Source: a bacterium (GTDB lineage: Bacteria > UBP7 > UBA6624). Taken from it: DNA of 32,000 nt. Both the position numbers and the translations under genes were made by a program. Shown piece after piece: positions 16,634-25,182 of the stretch (positions are counted from its first letter, which is position 1; the number at the start of each line of letters is the position of its first letter). The stretch spans positions 330,001 through 362,000 of the forward strand of contig PBAU01000003.1 in assembly GCA_002716355.1 (NCBI GenBank), read 5' to 3'. The notes below the pieces were generated by a model. It was not told the DNA's origin. It saw only the letters and a list, made by a program, of their open reading frames with translations, and did no database searches.

Positions 16634-18136
16634 ATGGCAAAGAACATTGAGCACAAATATGACTTTCTTAGAGTCATGATAAGGAAACACGTAATCAAAT
16701 TTACAAGCAATCCGCCAAAAGAATTTGTTGCTCTTTTTCCTGAAAACTCACTTGAATCTGTGAAACAGCTTCTGGGCGATTTCATATTTGGTGTTTTTTC
16801 ATCTTTTGATAAAAGCTTGATATCAATGAGAGACAACCAGGTAACTGAATTAATTAAAAGAAATTTTGATTACTGGATCGAAAAAGATATAGATCCATCA
16901 AATATCGATAAAGCTTTTTGGAAATGTGTAAAGTCATTTAAAAAACTACTTTCTGAAAATGAAAAAAACTTTTTTGACCAATACATTAAAAAAGAAAAAC
17001 TTGAAATAATCTTTAATGAAACTTTAAAAAAATACCATTCTGTATTTAGAGAACATTTTGAAAGACAGGTAGCCGAATTATCACTTTTAAAAAATATTTC
17101 AGAAATAACAAATTCACCTGAAGACTTATCAGAAATATTCTTAGACAAACTTTATGAAGCTTTAAGTGCTGATTATGCAGTGCTCTTCTACAACAACAAC
17201 AATAAGGAAATTAAATTGGAAAAAAATCCAGATCATTTTTTAAAATTCTCCAAGAAAACTGCGGAAACACTTATCTCTCAATCGAATACACATGATCCAG
17301 AGTTGCTTGAATCATTATTAAAAATATTTCAAGAAAAAAAACATCAAAACAATCTGAGCCCTTTCGATTGGTCTGAAATTTCTAAGATTTCGAAAAGCAA
17401 CTTTCCAGAAGGCCTTTTTCAGTTTCCAAAAGAGCCTAAGGCAATAGTTCAAGACATTAATCCGAAAAGCATGATAATGACACATCTTTTCGAAAGGGGA
17501 ACACGCGTAGGCTTTCTTTGCCTAATGAGATCAACATCTGCCTCTTTCAACAATAGGGATAATACCTTCTTTGAGGTAGCATCAAAAGATTTTTCAAGAA
17601 TACTTGAAAATAAAAATCTCCAAGAAGAGTTACGGCTCCTCGCTCAAACAGACAGCTTGACAAACCTACTTAACAGGAGAAGATTTTTTGAACTTGGAAA
17701 CATAGAGCTAGAAAGATCGAAAAGGTATAAAAATAAATTTAGCATAATGATGCTTGATGTTGATAACTTTAAACAAATTAACGATACATACGGACATCAA
17801 ATTGGCGACGAAGTCCTTAAAGAGCTTGCGTCATACATTCAAAAAAGATCCAGAGCAGGTGATCTAGCAGGAAGATACGGCGGTGAAGAATTCATGGTCC
17901 TTCTCTTGGAGTCAGATTCAAGCAACACACAGAAAGCAGCACTAAAGCTTTTAAAACAAATTGAAAACATAACAATTCAAGTGAATGATGAAGAGTCAAT
18001 CAACTTTACAGCTTCAATTGGAGTTGCAACATACCCTAAAGATGGGGAAACGCTAAATGAGATCATATCAGTTGCAGATGAATGCCTATATGCTGCAAAA
18101 ACAGAGGGCAAGAATTGCGTGAGGGCAAAAAGATGA
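16634..18136 (+). CDS. diguanylate cyclase (GGDEF domain) with a ~330-aa N-terminal sensory region, possibly GAF-like
   Basis: The C-terminal domain has LDVDNFKQINDTYGHQIGDEVL, RAGD (an RxxD I-site 5 residues before the active site) and GGEEF. Confidence 0.9.
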   Translation: MAKNIEHKYDFLRVMIRKHVIKFTSNPPKEFVALFPENSLESVKQLLGDFIFGVFSSFDKSLISMRDNQVTELIKRNFDYWIEKDIDPSNIDKAFWKCVKSFKKLLSENEKNFFDQYIKKEKLEIIFNETLKKYHSVFREHFERQVAELSLLKNISEITNSPEDLSEIFLDKLYEALSADYAVLFYNNNNKEIKLEKNPDHFLKFSKKTAETLISQSNTHDPELLESLLKIFQEKKHQNNLSPFDWSEISKISKSNFPEGLFQFPKEPKAIVQDINPKSMIMTHLFERGTRVGFLCLMRSTSASFNNRDNTFFEVASKDFSRILENKNLQEELRLLAQTDSLTNLLNRRRFFELGNIELERSKRYKNKFSIMMLDVDNFKQINDTYGHQIGDEVLKELASYIQKRSRAGDLAGRYGGEEFMVLLLESDSSNTQKAALKLLKQIENITIQVNDEESINFTASIGVATYPKDGETLNEIISVADECLYAAKTEGKNCVRAKR

Positions 18137-19332
18137 AAAGATTTGATATATTGTCACAATTAATCAAATGTCTTTCAAGAATACTGGATGAAATTGAAGG
18201 CCATACAAGTTCTCATGCTCAAGGTGTTGCCAATTCTTCAATAAGCTTTGCTGATGAATTTGGCTTTACCTTGAAAACTCAAAGAAGTCTTTATTATGCT
18301 GCATTGCTGCATGACATCGGAGAAACTACACTTCCGCATTCAATACTGTACAAAAATGGCCCATTGCTACCAGCTGAAAGGAAAAAAATCGAAAGCCACT
18401 CTGTTGTGGGGTACAAAATTGTTAAAAACATACCTTCAATGACTGAGGTTGCTGGTCTCATCAGGCACCATCATGAATCTTGGGATGGGACAGGATACCC
18501 TGATCAATTAATGATGGGTGAATTCACAAGAGCAAAACAAATCTTAGCAATTTGCGACCTAAATGATACTCTTAGCAGAGAAAGACCCTATAGGCCAAAA
18601 AGAACGAATGAAGAAATAGAAAATATACTTAATGAATCCAAAGGGACAAGGTTTCAACCAGACATGGTTGAAAAATTTATTAAATTTAAAAACAATACAA
18701 ACATTAAAAAAAACTCCTTAAAAAAAATAAATGAAATAAAAGATTCCGGTCAGGAGTTGTCTGATTTTGAATCTCAGGCTTACCTCTTGGCGATATCTGT
18801 TGTTTTTTCAAATTTAATAGGTGAAAAAATTCCATTTTTAGCAACCCACCCTAGCAAGGTTGCATTGCTTTCCGTAAAGCTAGGTGAAGCTATAGGAATG
18901 AATAAAAATGAACTTTTTGAAATGAAAATTGCAGCATTCTTGGGTGATATTGGAATCCTTGCACAAGATGAAAAAATCTACATGAAAAAAGATAAATTAA
19001 GTCCGGAAGATATTGAAACAATTAACAATCATACGCTAATAGGAGAGAGGGCAACGAGTGAGATTACTAGCCTTCCTAATGTTTCCAAAATAATCAGAAA
19101 CTACCACGAGTCTTGGGATGGTTCAGGTTATCCAGATGGTATTAAAGGCAGCAAAATACCTTTGGCAAGTAGGATATTGAGGGTTGCTGATACATATGTT
19201 GCATTACAACATGATAGACCTTATAGAAAAGGAAAACAAAGAACAGAAATAACAGAATCTATAAATACTTATTTAAAAAACATAGCTGACCCATCACTGG
19301 TCAATACACTAATGGAGATCATGAAAAATTAA
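18133..19332 (+). CDS. tandem HD-GYP domain protein (c-di-GMP phosphodiesterase family); the second domain is degenerate
   Basis: Domain 1 has HAQGVA..., LLHDIGE, HHHESWDGTGYPD and RPYR. Domain 2 has HPSKVA..., FLGDIG, RNYHESWDGSGYPDG, RVADTYVAL and RPYRKG. The start is placed at ATG 18133, which overlaps the cyclase TGA; the ORF-track start at 18082 would overlap the cyclase gene by 55 nt. Confidence 0.85.
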   Translation: MKRFDILSQLIKCLSRILDEIEGHTSSHAQGVANSSISFADEFGFTLKTQRSLYYAALLHDIGETTLPHSILYKNGPLLPAERKKIESHSVVGYKIVKNIPSMTEVAGLIRHHHESWDGTGYPDQLMMGEFTRAKQILAICDLNDTLSRERPYRPKRTNEEIENILNESKGTRFQPDMVEKFIKFKNNTNIKKNSLKKINEIKDSGQELSDFESQAYLLAISVVFSNLIGEKIPFLATHPSKVALLSVKLGEAIGMNKNELFEMKIAAFLGDIGILAQDEKIYMKKDKLSPEDIETINNHTLIGERATSEITSLPNVSKIIRNYHESWDGSGYPDGIKGSKIPLASRILRVADTYVALQHDRPYRKGKQRTEITESINTYLKNIADPSLVNTLMEIMKN

Positions 19333-20100
19333 ATGAGCTTATTTGGATCTGACATAATTGAAACATTCCAGAAAAAAAGGATAAAAAGATTGGCTGTTTC
19401 AGGAGATCCTTTTTGTAGGATGTTTTCTGAATTTAGTGATTCAGGTATAAATTTATTCTCAGCAAATAAAGACAAAATGTGCTATGAACTCCACACCTAT
19501 CTACTAACAGCAAAAAAGCCAATAAACTTCAGCGGCGCAACAATTTCAAAAATAGCAAAAGAAAAACCCATATTAAAAAATGGCACCTACACAAATATAG
19601 AAAAAATACTAAACAACATGGAAAGTGGAAGCATATCTAAAGGCTTAACTTTAAATTCATTGCTTATAGCTATCAATAACTGGGAGCAATCAAATGAAGA
19701 CTGGAAGGATGTTTATGAAAGGATTGGAAATTGGAACCTACAAAGATACCAAATGTTTTCAGAAAGTTATCAAAGTTTTGTTTTAAATGAAAACATATCA
19801 AAAATAGCAGAATGCTTTACATTTGATGGAATATTCATCAATATGTATGAAACACCAAAAGAAACCAGGTTGTCACTTATTGCAAAAAAACTTGGCTACA
19901 GGAAAGAAAATCATGAAAGTGACTTTCTTTCAGAACTTTCTGCTTTCTGGAAAAACGAAGGCTCTATACTTCCAAATCTTTACATATTATGCTCAAAAGA
20001 AAAAGAAATAATTATTGAGAAAAATTTTAAATTTGCATCAGGGCTAAGGAAGAAAAATATTATTATTGAAGGAGAAGAAGCACTATGGATGAAAACATAA
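19333..20100 (+). CDS. hypothetical protein (255 aa), no recognised domain
   Basis: The ATG immediately follows the HD-GYP TAA (19330-19332), and the 3' end overlaps rpiB by 16 nt. Codon usage resembles the neighbouring genes. Confidence 0.6.
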   Translation: MSLFGSDIIETFQKKRIKRLAVSGDPFCRMFSEFSDSGINLFSANKDKMCYELHTYLLTAKKPINFSGATISKIAKEKPILKNGTYTNIEKILNNMESGSISKGLTLNSLLIAINNWEQSNEDWKDVYERIGNWNLQRYQMFSESYQSFVLNENISKIAECFTFDGIFINMYETPKETRLSLIAKKLGYRKENHESDFLSELSAFWKNEGSILPNLYILCSKEKEIIIEKNFKFASGLRKKNIIIEGEEALWMKT

Positions 20101-20525
20101 AAATCGCTATATCATGCGATCATGCAGGAAAAGAATTATCAAATTACATAATCAAAAAATTAAATAAAAAATTTTTATTCACCAATATGAATCCACCTTC
20201 TGGAAAGTCGGTTGACTATCCTGATTATGCCCATGAAGTTTGCAACAGTATAAATAAAGGTAATGTTGAATACGGCATACTGGTTTGCGGCAGCGGCATT
20301 GGAATGTCAATGGCTGCAAACAGGCATAAAAACATAAGGGCAGCAAGGGTTCATGATCAGAATTCAGTAATAATGACCAGGAAACATAATGATGCAAATG
20401 TGTTATGCCTGGGTGAAAGAATGATAGATAAAGATAAAGCAGTAGAATTGGTTAAACTCTTTCTTGAAACTGAATTTGAAGGAGGCAGGCATCAAAAAAG
20501 AATTAATAAAATTGAATTAGACTGA
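20085..20525 (+). CDS. rpiB: ribose-5-phosphate isomerase B (RpiB/LacAB family)
   Basis: IAISCDHAG, DYPDYA, LVCGSGIGMSMAANR and NDANVLCLGERM...FEGGRHQKRI. Confidence 0.9.
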   Translation: MDENIKIAISCDHAGKELSNYIIKKLNKKFLFTNMNPPSGKSVDYPDYAHEVCNSINKGNVEYGILVCGSGIGMSMAANRHKNIRAARVHDQNSVIMTRKHNDANVLCLGERMIDKDKAVELVKLFLETEFEGGRHQKRINKIELD

Positions 20526-20532
20526 ATACGAA

Positions 20533-20826
20533 ATGAAGAAATTATTAGAAAAAATATTTGCAAACTTTAAGCAACACAAACAGCAGAAAGCACCAGAAAA
20601 AATATCAAAAACACAAAAAAAAGCATACAAAAACAAAATGCTTGATTTTAGAAATTCTGGCAATATAGTATGCTCAGAACAAAAAGTTATCAACTTCATA
20701 CAGGCTAAAATACAAAAAAACAAAAACACAAAAAAAAGCAAGGAAATAATTGAAATATTATCTAGAGATGGTTGTCTGCAGAGATTCTCAGTTAAAGGCA
20801 AGCCATATGTATACATAAAGTTTTAA
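20533..20826 (+). CDS. hypothetical Lys-rich basic protein (97 aa)
   Basis: Co-directional ORF 7 nt after rpiB. The mirror ORF on the minus strand (20517-20816) is Phe/Cys-rich, as expected for the antisense of a Lys-rich gene. No family recognised. Confidence 0.45.
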   Translation: MKKLLEKIFANFKQHKQQKAPEKISKTQKKAYKNKMLDFRNSGNIVCSEQKVINFIQAKIQKNKNTKKSKEIIEILSRDGCLQRFSVKGKPYVYIKF

Positions 20827-20946
20827 ATGGATAAAAATAAAAAAAACTGGATGTATGTCATGATTGTTGGATTATGTTCTGGGTTATTGTTTTCACTTGT
20901 AATTTGGGGAATAATCCAACTATCTTCCATTTTTAAAACTCAATAA
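20827..20946 (+). CDS. hypothetical 39-aa single-TM micropeptide
   Basis: The ATG directly abuts the preceding TAA. MDKNKKNWMYVMIVGLCSGLLFSLVIWGIIQLSSIFKTQ has a basic N-terminus plus one hydrophobic helix. It is below the ORF-track cutoff. Confidence 0.3.
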   Translation: MDKNKKNWMYVMIVGLCSGLLFSLVIWGIIQLSSIFKTQ

Positions 20947-20967
20947 GATATAATAGCACCTTAAGTT

Positions 20968-21582
20968 ATGTCGATTAAACAAAAAAAAGTTGCTCTTTCT
21001 AGAAAGCTAGGGATGAATGTTGTTGGGACTCATCGCGATCCCCTTGCAAGAAGAAAACATCCTCCTGGCCAGCATGGAACAAACATGAGAAGGAAAAAAT
21101 CTAGTGATTACAAAGTAAGGCTTTTGGAAAAACAAAGGCTTAGAGCTATTTACAATCTGAAAGAAAGAAAGTTTGCTAGCTATGTAAGGGAGTCCAAAAA
21201 CAAAAAAGGATCTTCTGAGCAAATACTAATGCGATTACTTGAATCCAGATTAGACACAGTAGCTTTAAAAAGTGGCTTCGCAAGAACACAAAGAGAAGCT
21301 AGGCAATTGGTTGTTCACGGTCATTTTTATGTAAATGGCAGAAAAGCAGACAAACCATCTTTTGCCTGTAGGCCAGGAGATGTGATATCTTTAAAACCAG
21401 GATCTATGAAAAAAACATTTTTCAAAGAAAAGGTATCAGAGGTAATTGGGAGAGGTTCTCCAAGATGGATCATTGTTAATCAAGACAAATGGACAGCAAA
21501 ATATGAACGCCATCCAGAAGTTGATGAGATTCCTGTTACCGAGGAATTAAACCTTGGTTACATCATGGAATATTACGCTTAA
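20968..21582 (+). CDS. rpsD: 30S ribosomal protein S4
   Basis: SRKLG, PPGQHG, SDYKVRLLEKQRLRAIY, LLESRLDTV, REARQLVVHGHFYVNG (S4 RNA-binding domain). 204 aa. Confidence 0.93.
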   Translation: MSIKQKKVALSRKLGMNVVGTHRDPLARRKHPPGQHGTNMRRKKSSDYKVRLLEKQRLRAIYNLKERKFASYVRESKNKKGSSEQILMRLLESRLDTVALKSGFARTQREARQLVVHGHFYVNGRKADKPSFACRPGDVISLKPGSMKKTFFKEKVSEVIGRGSPRWIIVNQDKWTAKYERHPEVDEIPVTEELNLGYIMEYYA

Positions 21583-22424
21583 AAAAATTCCAAAAAACCA
21601 TCGAACATTTTTTCTGCTGGACCCCTGCATACCAAAAAATCTTCTCCAAAAGAAACTTCTAATACGCCCCCTTCGGATTGTGTTCTAATATTTTCTATAT
21701 TTTTTTCAATTTTTGTATTGATGCATACGGAAGAAGCCAAAGATCCAGAGCCACATGATAAAGTTCTACCAACACCCCTTTCATATGTGTCAATAAAATA
21801 TTCACCCAGCTTATTTATTCTTTTTATAAAATGAACGTTCACTCCAAATGGAAAAGCTTCATTCATCGAAGCTTTTTCAAAAATCTTTGAATAATCATTT
21901 TTAACCAATTTACGCTCAATGTCTAAAGAGATAATTAAATGTGGATTTCCAATTCCTGAAACAGACCAGCCATTTAAGCCATCTATATCAATTTGATTGC
22001 ATTCAAAATCATGAACAATATCCTTCTTCAAGCTTACTGAAAAAAGATTATTTTTTTGAGATATATTGTCTATCTGCCATTTTTCACTTAATTGCGAAGA
22101 TATCCATTTGTCAAGAGTTAAAGTGGTCCAACTCCAAGACAATCTCTCTTTATGCAAGTAACAGTAAGCAACCGCTATACGAAAACCATTCAATGAAAAC
22201 TCACCATTACTTCCATCTCTATTGTAGATATCACATCTTATCAATTCGTCATTAAGGATGTCTACAAAGAGAACACCATCAGCATCAATATAATCTTTTG
22301 AATCTGTAATTTTTTTAGAAAAAGAAGATCTGTCTTGATTTTTTAAAGAACTGCCATCAATGACTATAAAAGAATTACCAGCGGCAATCCACTTTTCAAA
22401 ATTTATTCCTTGTTTATTAGCCAA
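21579..22424 (-). CDS. dapF: diaminopimelate epimerase homologue with the first catalytic Cys replaced by Ser
   Basis: AAGNSFIVIDG, YNRDGSNGEFSLNGFR (canonical N.DGS....CGNG.R), GIGNPHLI and YERGVGRTLSCGSGSLAS (second catalytic Cys present). 281 aa. Confidence 0.75.
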   Translation of the reverse strand: MANKQGINFEKWIAAGNSFIVIDGSSLKNQDRSSFSKKITDSKDYIDADGVLFVDILNDELIRCDIYNRDGSNGEFSLNGFRIAVAYCYLHKERLSWSWTTLTLDKWISSQLSEKWQIDNISQKNNLFSVSLKKDIVHDFECNQIDIDGLNGWSVSGIGNPHLIISLDIERKLVKNDYSKIFEKASMNEAFPFGVNVHFIKRINKLGEYFIDTYERGVGRTLSCGSGSLASSVCINTKIEKNIENIRTQSEGGVLEVSFGEDFLVCRGPAEKMFDGFLEFF

Positions 22425-23227
22425 GATGCAAAACCCCCCAAAACAGAATCTTCCAAATCCATCTTTTTTAACAAATCTCCTTGAGTCCTTATTGCAGCTT
22501 GCATCTTCTTCTTTGATTCACTTTTTTCAAGATTATTTTTAGAATCAAAATAATCATCCCTGTATTGAAAATAAGCACCAAACTTTCCCGCAAATTCACC
22601 CAAATGTTTAAAACGATTTTCATCAAATTCATCTATTCCCCAATTTATTCGAGCCTCAAGTTCAGCCGCATACGCTATCTTTTCAAAAAAATGAGCCGTT
22701 TTCATATGATTGATCCTTTCTTGAGGGATCCCTTGTTCAAGATCTAAATCAAGTGCTTGACCTCCAATAACACTATCTGGCATTAACATTTCTGAAAAAG
22801 GAAAAGAATTATTTGTACCTGACATATAGGACATACCTAATAAAACATTACTTGCAAGCAATGCTGTAGTTTCTCCAAATTTCTTCCACAAAGAAGCTTT
22901 CCCTCTCCTTAATGCATCATTATCCATACACGGCAAATCATCCTGAATCAATGTGAAAGCATGGAAGAATTCAAATGAACATGCTATTGACAGCATTTCA
23001 TCAACCAACAACTTATCAACCTTTGAACCTTTATCCCTTGGAGCAATACTTTGCAAAACCGCCAAATAAAACAAAGGCCGAACCCTTTTTCCGCCACCAA
23101 AAAGCGCATAAGAAACCGCTTCTTTCAAAATAGAAACTCCATTAAGCGAATCAACCTGAAGTTTCATCTCTTTTTCAATTAGAGGCCTCCAGGATTTAAC
23201 AAATTTTTCTGTTTTTCTTTTTAACAT
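22403..23227 (-). CDS. ispA: short-chain (E)-prenyl diphosphate synthase, probably farnesyl diphosphate synthase
   Basis: GGGKRVRP, first Asp-rich motif FTLIQDDLPCMDNDALRRGK (aromatic Phe at position -5), GGQALD, KTAHFF, and second Asp-rich motif FQYRDDYFD. Confidence 0.8.
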   Translation of the reverse strand: MLKRKTEKFVKSWRPLIEKEMKLQVDSLNGVSILKEAVSYALFGGGKRVRPLFYLAVLQSIAPRDKGSKVDKLLVDEMLSIACSFEFFHAFTLIQDDLPCMDNDALRRGKASLWKKFGETTALLASNVLLGMSYMSGTNNSFPFSEMLMPDSVIGGQALDLDLEQGIPQERINHMKTAHFFEKIAYAAELEARINWGIDEFDENRFKHLGEFAGKFGAYFQYRDDYFDSKNNLEKSESKKKMQAAIRTQGDLLKKMDLEDSVLGGFASWLINKE

Positions 23228-23242
23228 CTTCCTAATAAGCTG

Positions 23243-25168
23243 CTACTCTAACTCATAATCTTGTAGTCTTTCATACATAAAAAGATTTGTAAGAATTGAT
23301 CTAGCATATATCCTTGATTCTGAAAGTGTGATTGTCAAAATTCTCAAAGGGTCAATTGAGCTTTCATAGTCACCATCCTGAATGCGCTCAAGCCATGAAT
23401 CAACTCTAGAAGGCCCTGCATTGTAAGCGAACAGAGCAGCAACAACATCATCATCATACTTGTCAAGCATGCTATCCAAATAATTTGAACCAACTAATAA
23501 ATTCAAACTGGGTTCCCTCAAAAAATCTTTAGCCTCTTCAGCTGAAACATTCATATGAAGATTATTTAAAACTGATACAGCTGTAGAAGGCATAACCTGA
23601 GTTAAGCCAATGGCTCCTGCTGAAGATACAGCATTAGGCTGAAATGCACTTTCCCTATGAGCCAAAGAATACAAAAGCAAACTATTTTCGTCTTGATCAA
23701 AAAAATCACGATATGGCATTGGCCAAAAATTTGAAATTATCATAAAAATTGATTCTTTTGAAAATTTTTCTTGCGTTATCAAATTCAATAAAAGACCAGC
23801 ATAAAACCTTGCCTCGATACCTTTTTCTAAACTCATCAAAAGCGATGAAATTCTTAAAATATTGCTGTAATCCCTTTCTCCATTTAAATATCTGAAATGT
23901 GCTTCCTTTAGGATTACTTCAGGAATAATGTCTTCATAAGCAGTGAGATCATCCTCTTTAAAGTTGAAACTCCCAGAATTTGAAAAAACCAAATCCCACC
24001 AATCGCTATCGCTGATTTCTTCTTTTTGAAAAAGATACAAACTAAAAAAAGAAAATGGATATCTAGTCAAAAGTATATCTCTGCTTTCTTGAGAATTTAA
24101 AATTACATACTCCCAATAAAGCTTGTTTGGTTCAAGTTCCGGGTCATCTATTTCCATCATGTATGAAAGAGCCTCCCTTTCGCTTGCTTCAACCTTAAGC
24201 CTAAATAAATGATACCTGGATAAATTGGCTCTAGGGCCTTTTGGATATCTGGCTAAATACCTTTTGTATTCTTGTTCAGCAGAGCCAATATCGCCAAGGT
24301 AAAAAAGATACCCTGCTTTTCTATATATGGCATCTTCCCCACCGCCATTCACAGCCATTTCCTCAAGGGATTCAAGTGCTTCTTGTGAATTTCCCATTGC
24401 AGATGAAACTTTTGAATTCAAGCTAAGATAATCCAAATAATGATAATCAGCCACACCTTGATTTTTCCATCTTTCAAGCATAACCTTTGCTTCTTTATTT
24501 TCTGAAGACTTATGACTGCCCCAAGAAAAAATAAAATCCCTTAAATCAGCATGTGGAGAAAGGTTGCCTAATTTCTGATAGTCAAAATCAATATTCCAAA
24601 CTCTAATCAAATCAAAATAATCCTCAATTTTAGACCTAGGCACATCTCCATCATAGGAAAGTTTTTGAATGATGAAACTTGCCCAATCTTTTTTTAGCTT
24701 GGTTGAAGACCTACTGTCTAGAAGCTTGTAATAAGGGTCTAATTCATCTAAAGGTAAAGGATCTGAAAAGCTCAAATGACTAAAAAAATACAGCATGATT
24801 TCAGAATTTTGAGAATAAGTCATCCTTGAAGAAAAACGATCAAGATAAGATTGAGTTTCATTTTTTGAAAAAACCCCCTGCTTCATTAAGGCAATCAAGA
24901 TTTCAGCAAACTCAAAACAAGAAGATTCACAATATGGATACCACAGCAAAAAATGCCTTTTTGCCTCTTGATACTTTTTTGAATTTATTTTTTCTTTAAT
25001 GTAGTAAGCGGAAAAATCATCATGTAGCGATTTCGGAAAATGATTGATTTCATTTGGTTTTAAATTGGAAAATTTTTCTAAATTCTGAAACAGCCAACTT
25101 TCCTCAGACTCTATATTTTTTGAATACAGATTGAAATTAAAAAAAATAAAAAAAAAGAAAGATGCCAA
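23243..25168 (-). CDS. slt: soluble lytic murein transglycosylase (Slt70-like)
   Basis: The C-terminal SLT domain has HRESAFQPNAVSSAGAIGLTQVMPSTA and AYNAGPSRV, preceded by a long helical-repeat N-terminal region. The ORF-track start is TTG. An in-frame CTG at 25186-25184 would add MKKRLL and give a classical signal peptide. Confidence 0.85.
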   Translation of the reverse strand: MASFFFFIFFNFNLYSKNIESEESWLFQNLEKFSNLKPNEINHFPKSLHDDFSAYYIKEKINSKKYQEAKRHFLLWYPYCESSCFEFAEILIALMKQGVFSKNETQSYLDRFSSRMTYSQNSEIMLYFFSHLSFSDPLPLDELDPYYKLLDSRSSTKLKKDWASFIIQKLSYDGDVPRSKIEDYFDLIRVWNIDFDYQKLGNLSPHADLRDFIFSWGSHKSSENKEAKVMLERWKNQGVADYHYLDYLSLNSKVSSAMGNSQEALESLEEMAVNGGGEDAIYRKAGYLFYLGDIGSAEQEYKRYLARYPKGPRANLSRYHLFRLKVEASEREALSYMMEIDDPELEPNKLYWEYVILNSQESRDILLTRYPFSFFSLYLFQKEEISDSDWWDLVFSNSGSFNFKEDDLTAYEDIIPEVILKEAHFRYLNGERDYSNILRISSLLMSLEKGIEARFYAGLLLNLITQEKFSKESIFMIISNFWPMPYRDFFDQDENSLLLYSLAHRESAFQPNAVSSAGAIGLTQVMPSTAVSVLNNLHMNVSAEEAKDFLREPSLNLLVGSNYLDSMLDKYDDDVVAALFAYNAGPSRVDSWLERIQDGDYESSIDPLRILTITLSESRIYARSILTNLFMYERLQDYELE

Positions 25169-25182
25169 AAGTAATCTTTTTT

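Noticed and set aside
18082-18132. The upstream ATG of the HD-GYP ORF (MPICCKNRGQELREGKK leader)
   Set aside because: It would overlap the conserved C-terminus of the GGDEF domain by 55 nt. ATG 18133 forms an ATGA junction with the cyclase stop, which matches the coupling style seen throughout the window.
19375-19450. A PilZ-like RxxxR...(D/N)xSxxG signature in the unknown 255-aa protein
   Set aside because: The string is KKRIKR...EFSDSG, with the wrong first residue and about 13 residues of spacing instead of about 20-30. This is insufficient to call a PilZ domain, so it is kept only as a comment.
20517-20816. A 99-aa minus-strand ORF that mirrors the Lys-rich ORF
   Set aside because: Its Phe/Cys-rich, low-complexity translation is what the antisense of an AAA-rich (Lys) gene produces. 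It also runs against the co-directional plus-strand gene series and would collide with the rpiB 3' end.
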